A stretch of DNA of 64,000 nt, taken from IMG/VR virus record IMGVR_UViG_3300049734_000263, positions 850 to 64,849 of that record. The stretch is one strand, 5' to 3'. Source of the DNA: a virus. Its lineage: Duplodnaviria > Caudoviricetes. The position numbers were made by a program, and so were the translations under genes. Each line of letters begins with the position of its first letter. Position 1 is the first letter of the stretch. The notes under the pieces were generated by a model that saw only the letters and a list, made by a program, of their open reading frames with translations, had not been told where the DNA came from and made no database searches. This document shows, piece by piece, positions 55,882 to 64,000 of this stretch.

Positions 55882-58800
55882 ATGCCGCAAGATCAGCGAC
55901 CGAAAACTGAACTGACCCTCGAAGAGTTCGAGGAGCAGGCGCGAGAGCATTACAAAATCCCCAAACCATTATGGGAAGCCATGAAGGGCCAGGAGTCGGG
56001 CGGAAATCCGAACGCCGTCAGTCCTACGGGCGTTCGCGGCCGTCTTCAGGTTACAAAGAAGACGGCCGCCGGTTACGGGCTTGACCGGGATGATCCTTTC
56101 CATGAAGTGGCGGTTGCAACCAGAAATTTGCGCGAAGGATACGAAAAATACAAGAATCAATTCTCTGACGAGAATGAGCGATGGCTTGCAGCGACGAGCT
56201 ATTACTATTACGGCCCCGGAGGTGTAAAACCAGATGGCACGCTCAGTACGGATTCGAAGGACGGCTTGTCGAATCCGGCCGAGCATGTCTCCAGGGTCGC
56301 GCGGCGCTGGAAGGCGTACAACGACTCCCAGGCGGCGCCTGCTCAGACGCAAGCCCCGGCGACGAAACCGCAACCAAAACTAGCGCAGAGACAAACAGCC
56401 CCGATTTCGGACACCGAACAGCGACGCCGGCGTGTTCTAACCGGGCAGATCACCGCGTTCGAAGACCTGAAGCGGCAAGGGAAACTCGACCAGGCCAACC
56501 TTATCGCCGCGGACATCAAGAAGCGCTTCGGCGACATTATGGAAGTCGGGAGCGGCGAAGGTGGCTGGCCTTACGTGAAGCCGAAGTCGAAGAGCGAATT
56601 CACCGCCCCGCCATTGCCGTCCGCTCCGCCCGTTACTACGCAGACCGCCGACGACTACAACAAACAATCCTGGATTGAGCGCCGGCGCAGAAACATTGCG
56701 ACTGGCTACGAGATGGGCGCACAGGCGCTCACTGATGCGCTGGCGCGCGGCGTCGACGTTGTCGGCAGCGCCTTTGAGGGGGACTTCCGTCCACTGAAGG
56801 AGCAGGCCGAGGGCGCGGGCCGAGGACTACTCAAACTCGCCTCTGCATTCGATCCGGTCAACGCTGAGCAGACCTACAAGGCTGTCGCCGCCGAGCAAGA
56901 TCCGGCATTGGCCGCGCTCGAACGTCGTCGGGCGGAACGGTTGAAGAACGATCCTTACACAATCGCCGCGAACGCCGAGCGCCAGCGACTCGCGGCCGAA
57001 GAGGCGGCTCAGCCAGGTTTCGGCGCCGCCGTGACTCGCGGCGTCGTCTCCGGCGGAATGCAGGCATTGCCCTATATCGCGACCGGCGTGGCTGGCGGAG
57101 GCGTCCCGGCGCTGGCGGGCGTCGCCGCGGCTCAATCAGATTTCGTAAGGCCCGAAGAGGCCGCGCTCAACATCGCGGGCGCGACGTTGCCGGTTCCCTT
57201 GACCCGAGCTCTGACGCCTGTGATCAACCGCGCAGCCGCCGTGTTGCCGGGCAGAGTCGCTCCGGCTGTTACCCGCGCGGCCGGCCAGGTCGCGATCGGC
57301 GGCGGAACGAACGTCGCGACGATGGCGGCCGCGGGCGAACGTGACCCGCGCAAGCTGGCCGAAGGCGCTGTCGTCGGCGGTGTGCTGTCAGGGGCCGATG
57401 CGGCGAGAGCCTCCCGAGGCTCCGCGCCTGAGTTGCCTCCCGTCAGTGGCGTGGCCCCTGATGTCGTTCAAGCTGCCGCCGACACTCTCCCGCGCGCGCC
57501 GCGCCTGCCGCGCCCCGTGGACGCGGGCGCGCAGGCCGTTGCGGATTTTGGCGCCCGACTCGCGGAGATCGATCAAATGGTCCCGGCGGCGGAGCGCCCG
57601 GCTGCAATTGAGGCGGCGCGGCAAGAGTTCATAGCGCGCCGTCGTGAAGCCATCGAGGCGGCGCGCCAGACCGCGCAATCGCAGGCTGCGCCCCCAGCGG
57701 CGACGCCCGAAACGGCGCCACAACCCGACGCTCAGCAACCCGTGTTGCCGCCAGGTGTGCAGATCATCCGTCAAGGTGAACCGCCGCCTTCACGACAACG
57801 TGGCCAGCGACAGATCCCGCTCGATATTGAGAATCCCGACGGAACTGTTGAGACCGTTCTCGTTCTCGCTCCGGATCGGATTGACGGCCGGCGCGTGAAT
57901 GAAACGATGCTGCGCCCGATGGTCGAGCAGGCGTTGCGCCCACAATCTCAACCAGCCGCTCAGCCCGATGTGACCCAAACGGAGGCGGTAAGCTCGCAAC
58001 CGCCTCCGGTCCAACCGTCTGCGCCGGGGCGCAGACAGCCGCCTGCGGCTCAATTTATTCCGCTGCCACGTTCCGGTTTTAAAACACCGCGCACGCCAGG
58101 AGGCGCGATCCCTGTGCCGGAGTCGTCGGTCGCTGGTCGCAAATTGTTACCGCCGGCGACCGGCGAGGAAATCATCCCAACTAAGCCTTTGTCGCGTGCG
58201 GTCAGAGAGGTCATCTCGCGACCCGATCCACGTTTCACGCCTGATGCAGCGCGCACGCGCGCGATCGAGGCGCTCCAACCCTCGCCCCGGCAAGAATCCG
58301 CGCCACAGACCCAGCCTATGCCGAAACTTTCGAAGGCTGCACAGGCGGCCGAGCAGCGCCGCATCAACGTGGAGGCCGGGCAGAGGATTGCGAACAGGAA
58401 TCGCCAGGAAGCGCGGTCGGCGCGGGCGGTCGGCGATCTGATGGGGGCGCAGAAGGCGTACCGCACCGAATTGCAGGCGTTGCAGGACGCCATGGGCCTA
58501 ACGTCCAAGGCAGACGTCGGGCGCCGCTCGCAGTTGCGCAAGGCGATCATTGACGTCGAGCGCAATCTGACCGGGATCAATCGCGCGATCAAGCAGCGAC
58601 CGGCGGCGCAACCCCCGCGGGCCGCGAAGGTCGTCGACGAGGACGCGCCAACGGCCGAGCTTCCTGGTGCTTCACGGCCACTACTTAACCAAGTCAACAA
58701 CCCCGAGGGTGGTATCCCGCCGAGGACCGAATCGTTATCGGGCAGGTTCGGAGCGCTGGTCAGACGACAGGCGGCCGAGAGTGAGGCCGCGCCGCAACCC

Positions 58801-61800
58801 CGCCGGAAGGCGACGGAAACTCTGTCGCCGGTCGAATACCTGAAGCGTCAGACGAAGGGCGAAGGCATTCGCGTCTCTGATCGCGGAGAGGCCGCTCTGC
58901 TTGGAGCGAAAGAGGCCGGCATCGTCGGCCTGACGAATCGCAACTCGAAATGGAGGCTCTCCGACGCGCAGACGATGCTCGACGAAGGCGGGTTCATGCT
59001 GGAGGACGGTCGGCGCTTTACCGATCCGTCCGTGACGGAAAGCGACGTGCTCGAATTCCTGGGGGCGACCGGCAAGCAGGGCAGGCTCGGCACGAAGGGA
59101 ATTGATGAGCGCCTGGCCGACGAAGAGGCGGAGTATTACGCGAGGCTGGAAGCCAACGAGGGCGCAGGTTCGCCGGCGCCGGAACCCGGATCCAGGCCGG
59201 ACACCGCGACACTTCCGCGGCTCTCTCCGAGACGAACGCCTCCGGCGCCGTCCGCGCCGCGCCGCCCGGGTCAGCGCGTAGGCACGCCGCAACCGCGCAG
59301 GATCTCGGAGACCGGAGCGCTCGAAGACGTCGGTGACTTCTTCAGCCAGATGAAGGCTGAAGAGGCGCTGACGCCGGGTCGCCCGCGCACAGAACGACTA
59401 CCGGTCCCGAAGGCGACCGAAGACAACATTGCCGTGCTTCGGGCGAGGCGGGAAGCGCTCTCGCGGTTGCAGTTCGACCGGCGCGGAGAGTTGCCTCCGG
59501 ACCTGGGCGACGAGTTGCGAGAACTCGGCGGGCGGATCATTGAGTTTGAAGCCGAACAGGCGAAGATCGCGCGCGGGGGGCGTCCAGACCTCGCGCCGCC
59601 GGGCGGGAGCCCGGAGAGAATGACTCCACCGTCGCCAGAGGATCGAGCGGCGCGCCGCGCGGCCCTTAATCCGAAGCCGGACCCTCAAGCCGGCCGCAAG
59701 ATTCAGCACGCCACATTCGGCTTGATTACTGAAGCGGTTGATCAGTCCGGTGTGCCGACGGGCAAACTGCGAGTGGTCGGCGAGGACGGCAAAGAGCACA
59801 TCATCCAGAATCCGCGCACTCGTGGGAACCGCGAAGCCTCTTTCGTCAGGAGTGAGCCCAAGTTCGAAATTCCGGCCGACGCGCTGATAGAGAACCGTGA
59901 TCGACCGGGCCCGCGATTCGCCCGGCGATCAGCAGCGAATCGGCCAGAGGCAGCAGCCGACACGATAGCCATTCCCGAAGGGGCAGTGCTCGAACTTCGT
60001 GACCGGCCGAAGCCGAAGTTTGTCCGCAATGCCGAGCAGCGTCTCAAAGACGCATCGAGTGGCAAGCTCGCAGGCTCTGGCGGTCAGCAGTTGGTTGATA
60101 CCGCGATCGTGACCGGCTGGAAGGTGTACGAGAAGGGCATGGATTTCGCCCGGTGGTCGGCCGAGGTGATCAAACAGGCGGGCGAGAAGGTTCGCCCGCA
60201 CCTGCGCGCGGCCTGGGACCAGATTCAGACCGACTACAATAAGATGGCGCAGGAAGTCGCGACGCGTAAGGCCACGGTGAAAGCAGGTACGCAGATCGCT
60301 GGCCGAATGGCGCGAATCGCCCGTACGCCGACCTCTCCTGTCGAAATCTCGAAACTGCGCGCCGAATTCCCAAATCTCAGCAAAGAGGCTTTCGACTCGG
60401 CGATGCAAAGGCTGAACGCCGAGGGCCGGATCGCCCTGCAGCGCCACGATCACCCGGCGTCTATGTCTCCAGCGGAGCGCGCCAGCGCTGTGAAGATTGG
60501 CAATGATTATTTCACCGCTGCAACGTTCCGCGAGCGCCCTAGCGAGGTGATGGGCTCCGGACCTGGCGCGCTGCAGGGGATGTTTGAAGGCCGTAGCGGG
60601 ACGAAGGCTAAGCCAGCGCCAGCGGGTGACGATCTGACCTTCCGCGAGCGGGTCGGCCGCAAGGTCGCCACGACGCAGACGATGGCCCAACTGCTCAACC
60701 CGAAGACGATCGGCGCGAACGCCATCGGAAATGCGGCGTTCGCCGGGGCGAAGAATCTGGCGAATGTCGTCGCGGTCCCTGTGGACAAGTTCTTGTCGCT
60801 CGTTACCAAGCAGCGCCAGGTGGCGGCGCCGAAAGTCTCGCAGCAAATCAGCGACTTCAAGGACGGCTTCATAGACGCCTATCACGCCGTTCGCTCGAAG
60901 GATTATGCGAGCCTCGCTGATAACCGGTACGAGCTGAATAACGGACCAGTGTTCAAAGGCAAAGTCGGCGGCTTCTTCGAGGATGTCTTAAACATCGCGT
61001 TGCGCGCGCCGGACAAAGGGGCGTACCTGGCGGCCTACAATGACTCCGTCCAGCAAATCCTCGCGGCGCACGGCGTAAGCAAGACGAAATTCTCACTCGA
61101 CAAGATCCATGAACAGGCCAAGATGGAAGCGCAGCAGGCGACTTTCCAGGATTCCAATCTCGTCAGTGATTTCACCGTGGGCCTGCGCAACTTGCTCAAC
61201 AAGGTGACGCCCTTCGGCGAAAAGGCGAATTTCGGCCTGGGCGACATGGTCGGCCTGAAGTACGCGCGCACTCCCGCTAACCTGGTCGCGCGCGGGATCG
61301 AGTATTCGCCCCTTGGCTTCGCGAAGGCTTTTTATAAAGCGGCGAAGGTGATGGCTGGCAAAGGCAAAGGCTTTGACCAGCGAGAGGCGGCGTTGGCCTT
61401 TGGCCGCGCCTTCGTCGGCACGGCTTTTGGCTCCGGACTCGGCGCAGCGCTCTACTCGATGGGCGTCATCACGCAGCCCGAGCAGGAGAATCGCGGCGTG
61501 CAGGCGGCGGAGCGTGCGGAAGGGTTGATGGGCTATCAACTCAATCTCTCGGCGTTGAAGCGTTATGCGACGGGCGGATTGCTCGGAATTTTCACCGGCG
61601 ACCTCAGCGCGGGAAAGAAACAGGCCGGCGACGTGCTGATGTCTTACGACTGGTTCCAGCCAGCGGCCTTCAGTTTGGGGATGGGCGCGGCTGCGGCGAA
61701 GGCGTTCAAGAACAGGAAGGCAGACGCCAATGCGTTCGATGATGTGTTGACCCAGATTGACGCCGTGACGAGTACGCTCACCGATCAATCAATCCTTCGC

Positions 61801-62463
61801 AACATCCGCGACGTCTTCAGGTTCGGCGCGAAGTCCGCGGGACGCAAGGTCGCTACGGACCTGCCCGCGTCATTCGTGCCGAGTGTGCTCAATCAGGCGA
61901 GACAGATCATTGACGACCGGGCGCGGGAGACTTCGAAAGAGAAAGGCGGGCGCGGTGTAGCTCGCGAAACTCTGGAAAAAGTACTGAACAAGTTGCCCGG
62001 CGCGTCGCAGAGGCTGCCTGAACGCAAAGACATCGTCGGCCGATCGATCCCGTCGAGGCTCGAAGGCGCGGGAGGCGCGGCGTTGGTTCCGATTCCTGGA
62101 CGATTCAGCCAGTACAATCCGCATCCTGTGTTGAGTGAGATGCATAACGTTGGCGCCGGGACGACCGGAGTCTCGCGCAGACCTGACGAAACAGTGGGAC
62201 AGTTCCGCGCGCGCCGCACTCTGGCCGCCGAGTGGCTGAACAGGTACGGCCTGGAACTCACGACCTCGAAGGTTTATAAATCGGCCACGAAGGAAGAGCG
62301 CAAGGCCGCCGTAGACTACCTCAACAAGCAAATCTCGAAACAGAGCGGCAAGAAAAGCCCGAGCCTGTGGTTGTTTGCCCCTGGTCATGTGATCGAGACG
62401 GTGCGAGAGTCTGAGCGGGAGAAGCGGCGGAAAGCACAAGCGGCAGCCTCGGCGTTGCAGTAA
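55882..62463 (+). CDS. large ejection / polyvalent protein with N-terminal lytic transglycosylase domain
   Basis: AMKGQESGGNPNAVSPTGVRGRLQV (SLT); 2193 aa; helical C-terminal half. Confidence 0.85.
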   Translation: MPQDQRPKTELTLEEFEEQAREHYKIPKPLWEAMKGQESGGNPNAVSPTGVRGRLQVTKKTAAGYGLDRDDPFHEVAVATRNLREGYEKYKNQFSDENERWLAATSYYYYGPGGVKPDGTLSTDSKDGLSNPAEHVSRVARRWKAYNDSQAAPAQTQAPATKPQPKLAQRQTAPISDTEQRRRRVLTGQITAFEDLKRQGKLDQANLIAADIKKRFGDIMEVGSGEGGWPYVKPKSKSEFTAPPLPSAPPVTTQTADDYNKQSWIERRRRNIATGYEMGAQALTDALARGVDVVGSAFEGDFRPLKEQAEGAGRGLLKLASAFDPVNAEQTYKAVAAEQDPALAALERRRAERLKNDPYTIAANAERQRLAAEEAAQPGFGAAVTRGVVSGGMQALPYIATGVAGGGVPALAGVAAAQSDFVRPEEAALNIAGATLPVPLTRALTPVINRAAAVLPGRVAPAVTRAAGQVAIGGGTNVATMAAAGERDPRKLAEGAVVGGVLSGADAARASRGSAPELPPVSGVAPDVVQAAADTLPRAPRLPRPVDAGAQAVADFGARLAEIDQMVPAAERPAAIEAARQEFIARRREAIEAARQTAQSQAAPPAATPETAPQPDAQQPVLPPGVQIIRQGEPPPSRQRGQRQIPLDIENPDGTVETVLVLAPDRIDGRRVNETMLRPMVEQALRPQSQPAAQPDVTQTEAVSSQPPPVQPSAPGRRQPPAAQFIPLPRSGFKTPRTPGGAIPVPESSVAGRKLLPPATGEEIIPTKPLSRAVREVISRPDPRFTPDAARTRAIEALQPSPRQESAPQTQPMPKLSKAAQAAEQRRINVEAGQRIANRNRQEARSARAVGDLMGAQKAYRTELQALQDAMGLTSKADVGRRSQLRKAIIDVERNLTGINRAIKQRPAAQPPRAAKVVDEDAPTAELPGASRPLLNQVNNPEGGIPPRTESLSGRFGALVRRQAAESEAAPQPRRKATETLSPVEYLKRQTKGEGIRVSDRGEAALLGAKEAGIVGLTNRNSKWRLSDAQTMLDEGGFMLEDGRRFTDPSVTESDVLEFLGATGKQGRLGTKGIDERLADEEAEYYARLEANEGAGSPAPEPGSRPDTATLPRLSPRRTPPAPSAPRRPGQRVGTPQPRRISETGALEDVGDFFSQMKAEEALTPGRPRTERLPVPKATEDNIAVLRARREALSRLQFDRRGELPPDLGDELRELGGRIIEFEAEQAKIARGGRPDLAPPGGSPERMTPPSPEDRAARRAALNPKPDPQAGRKIQHATFGLITEAVDQSGVPTGKLRVVGEDGKEHIIQNPRTRGNREASFVRSEPKFEIPADALIENRDRPGPRFARRSAANRPEAAADTIAIPEGAVLELRDRPKPKFVRNAEQRLKDASSGKLAGSGGQQLVDTAIVTGWKVYEKGMDFARWSAEVIKQAGEKVRPHLRAAWDQIQTDYNKMAQEVATRKATVKAGTQIAGRMARIARTPTSPVEISKLRAEFPNLSKEAFDSAMQRLNAEGRIALQRHDHPASMSPAERASAVKIGNDYFTAATFRERPSEVMGSGPGALQGMFEGRSGTKAKPAPAGDDLTFRERVGRKVATTQTMAQLLNPKTIGANAIGNAAFAGAKNLANVVAVPVDKFLSLVTKQRQVAAPKVSQQISDFKDGFIDAYHAVRSKDYASLADNRYELNNGPVFKGKVGGFFEDVLNIALRAPDKGAYLAAYNDSVQQILAAHGVSKTKFSLDKIHEQAKMEAQQATFQDSNLVSDFTVGLRNLLNKVTPFGEKANFGLGDMVGLKYARTPANLVARGIEYSPLGFAKAFYKAAKVMAGKGKGFDQREAALAFGRAFVGTAFGSGLGAALYSMGVITQPEQENRGVQAAERAEGLMGYQLNLSALKRYATGGLLGIFTGDLSAGKKQAGDVLMSYDWFQPAAFSLGMGAAAAKAFKNRKADANAFDDVLTQIDAVTSTLTDQSILRNIRDVFRFGAKSAGRKVATDLPASFVPSVLNQARQIIDDRARETSKEKGGRGVARETLEKVLNKLPGASQRLPERKDIVGRSIPSRLEGAGGAALVPIPGRFSQYNPHPVLSEMHNVGAGTTGVSRRPDETVGQFRARRTLAAEWLNRYGLELTTSKVYKSATKEERKAAVDYLNKQISKQSGKKSPSLWLFAPGHVIETVRESEREKRRKAQAAASALQ

Positions 62464-62472
62464 GCGACAATC

Positions 62473-62502
62473 TTGCACGCGCGGAAACGGCGGGCGTACA
62501 AT
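62473..62502 (+). promoter_or_regulatory. sigma70-like moron promoter
   Basis: TTGCAC-18-TACAAT. Confidence 0.5.
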
Positions 62503-62552
62503 CCCCGCGCCCTCGTGTTCTCAACCAAATAGCCCAAACAGGAGAGTTGCCA

Positions 62553-62996
62553 ATGAAAAGTCTCAAGCCTATTACATTCTGCCTCACCTTCTTATTCGCC
62601 ATATCAGTCGTCGCGCAGGAAGAGAAACCAAAGCCGCGCGTCTTTGTTACAGATAGCCAGTCGTGGGAATTGGCGGGTGGTTTCAGTGCGACCAAGGACG
62701 CCGCGAGCGGTACTATCAGGGGCGGCGCGCGTCCACAGACCGCCGAAGTGATCAAGACCTTCGGCGAGAAATGCCCGGATGTGACTGTGACAATGAAGTC
62801 CGAAGCCGCCGACTACGTCGTGATGGTCGACAAGGAGGGCGGAAAGGCGCTGTATATGAAGGACAGCAAATTCGCTGTATTCAAGGCGAACGGCGACGCC
62901 ATCAAGAGCGGTTCGACACGGACGATCGGCGGCGCGGTCAAAGACGTGTGCACGGCGGTCGTGAAGGATTGGCAGGGCGAAGGGAAGAGCAAGTAG
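62553..62996 (+). CDS. exported protein (moron)
   Basis: signal peptide, two Cys, own promoter and terminator. Confidence 0.7.
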   Translation: MKSLKPITFCLTFLFAISVVAQEEKPKPRVFVTDSQSWELAGGFSATKDAASGTIRGGARPQTAEVIKTFGEKCPDVTVTMKSEAADYVVMVDKEGGKALYMKDSKFAVFKANGDAIKSGSTRTIGGAVKDVCTAVVKDWQGEGKSK

Positions 62997-63014
62997 GGCG
63001 GTCGCAGAATTTGC

Positions 63015-63063
63015 AAAACAAAAGGCCGGTCGAGAATCCACTTCTCGACCGGCCTTTTGTTTT
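63015..63063. terminator. bidirectional intrinsic terminator
   Basis: AAAACAAAAGGCCGGTCGAGAA-TCCAC-TTCTCGACCGGCCTTTTGTTTT. Confidence 0.85.
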
Positions 63064-63076
63064 TAGATCGCAAGGG

Positions 63077-63259
63077 TTACAGCTTCTTCAGTTCTCCGTC
63101 GAACCACTTTCGGCAAAGCGCGCAGAACCAAAGCAGCGGATCGCGTTGCTGGAGGTCGAGCGGCGTCGAGCACGCATGGCAAATCAGACTGCGCCACTCT
63201 TCAAATAATAGGTCTGCAGGCGTGGGCGGTTTCGGCGATGGCGTGGAGTTGTCGGTCAT
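63077..63259 (-). CDS. small zinc-ribbon protein
   Basis: CHAC...CALC; coupled to upstream HTH gene. Confidence 0.5.
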   Translation of the reverse strand: MTDNSTPSPKPPTPADLLFEEWRSLICHACSTPLDLQQRDPLLWFCALCRKWFDGELKKL

Positions 63260-63489
63260 TGATCGGCTCTTTTCTTCGCCGGCTTAGGCTTCGCTGGCCT
63301 TCCTCTCGGCCGCACTTTGAAGCCCTTCAGGTCGCGCGCCGGGATGAGCCACATCGGCCCGCGCCCTGTCTCTTCACGCCGCGCGTTTGGGAAGCGCGGC
63401 GGGTCCTTGAGCAACCACACGCGCACGGTCCCTTGGGGCACACCCAGACGCTCGGCCACTTCTCTTGTCGTCAGTTCTTTCGGTTTCAT
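63256..63489 (-). CDS. MerR/excisionase-like HTH protein
   Basis: LTTREVAERLGV...TVR.W...W.IP..DL; C-terminal RGRP. Confidence 0.75.
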   Translation of the reverse strand: MKPKELTTREVAERLGVPQGTVRVWLLKDPPRFPNARREETGRGPMWLIPARDLKGFKVRPRGRPAKPKPAKKRADQ

Positions 63490-63531
63490 ATGTGCGGCAG
63501 AGGATAGCGCGGGCAGCTCTTTTTCTCAAGG

Positions 63532-63590
63532 CTTATAGTTGCCTTAGCGCAACTTTTTAGTTGACTATAAGGCTTATTGTGGGCTATAAA
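63532..63590. promoter_or_regulatory. three operator-like sites in a divergent promoter region
   Basis: CTTATAGTTGCC at 63532, TTTTTA-GTTGAC-TATAAG at 63554, CTTATT-GTGGGC-TATAAA at 63573. Confidence 0.6.
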
Positions 63591-63663
63591 CTGCTTGTCA
63601 GTTAACGCTGACAGTCGAAAGCGGTTGATTGCCCTATAGATACAGGAGAACAGAGACATCCCG

Positions 63664-64000
63664 ATGCCCAAGCCGCGTTGCCGAATCTGCAAAAGACTAT
63701 TGAAGAGCCCCGAATCGCTCGCGAAGGGCATCGGCCCTGAGTGCGCGAATAAGTGGGTCGGAATGCTCTGTGGCGCTGGCTTGACCCTCGACGCTCTTAA
63801 CATTCCCGAGTCGCTCGCAAGCGACTCGCTCATTGCTCTAAACGTGCACAGGGCAGAGCAGGCTTTGCTCGCGGGGAGGCGTGGCGACGTGGAGCGATTC
63901 AAGGCTGCCGCTCAGGAAGCCGCTCGGGATTTATCTCTTGGTTTTACAAGATCAGATCCGCCAGGCGCGGCCCTGATTGCGCGCCTGGCGGCTGTGGATG
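63664..64000 (+). CDS. DUF6011-like zinc-finger protein (runs off window)
   Basis: RCRICKRLLKSPESLAKGIGPEC. Confidence 0.7.
   Translation, partial: MPKPRCRICKRLLKSPESLAKGIGPECANKWVGMLCGAGLTLDALNIPESLASDSLIALNVHRAEQALLAGRRGDVERFKAAAQEAARDLSLGFTRSDPPGAALIARLAAVD

Noticed and set aside
55882-62463. Tape measure protein of a long-tailed phage
   Set aside because: No major tail, sheath, baseplate or tail-chaperone genes; the context (adaptors, nozzle, GNAT, small ejection proteins) is podoviral.

Overview
The window is a GC-rich slice of one temperate, podovirus-like (short-tailed) dsDNA phage genome. The host is probably diderm, since the phage encodes an outer-membrane beta-barrel and many signal-peptide proteins; the host taxon cannot be determined from the sequence. 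The 3' half of a tRNA-Arg(ACG) at 9862-9904 has phage genes and shared motifs on both sides, so this looks like the attP (excised or circularly permuted) configuration. Gene order: DNA-modification and nuclease genes (1-9.6 kb), attP, integrase, a LexA-CTD-like protein, cI/cro/cII-like switch, replication initiator with iterons, accessory early genes, a damaged lysin region, late promoter and holin, terminases, portal, scaffold, capsid, head-tail connectors, fibre-like proteins, and ejection proteins including a 2193-aa SLT-domain protein. Main unusual observations: (i) a probable -1 programmed frameshift (G GGA AAA plus a pseudoknot at 26010-26052) that would fuse a 4-TM membrane protein to a Zn-finger protein whose gene carries a 24-bp-period array of TTAGTACTAA palindromes; (ii) a catalytically dead, stand-alone LexA C-terminal-domain mimic between cI and int; (iii) an 18-bp CTTATA-N6-TATAAG operator family, often paired at 21-22 bp; (iv) an ICMT-like methyltransferase and a GNAT flanking an ejection protein; (v) fibre-like proteins with signal peptides; (vi) several lesions (truncated GH19 lysin, three frameshifts). 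All family calls come from motif recognition by eye, not from database searches.
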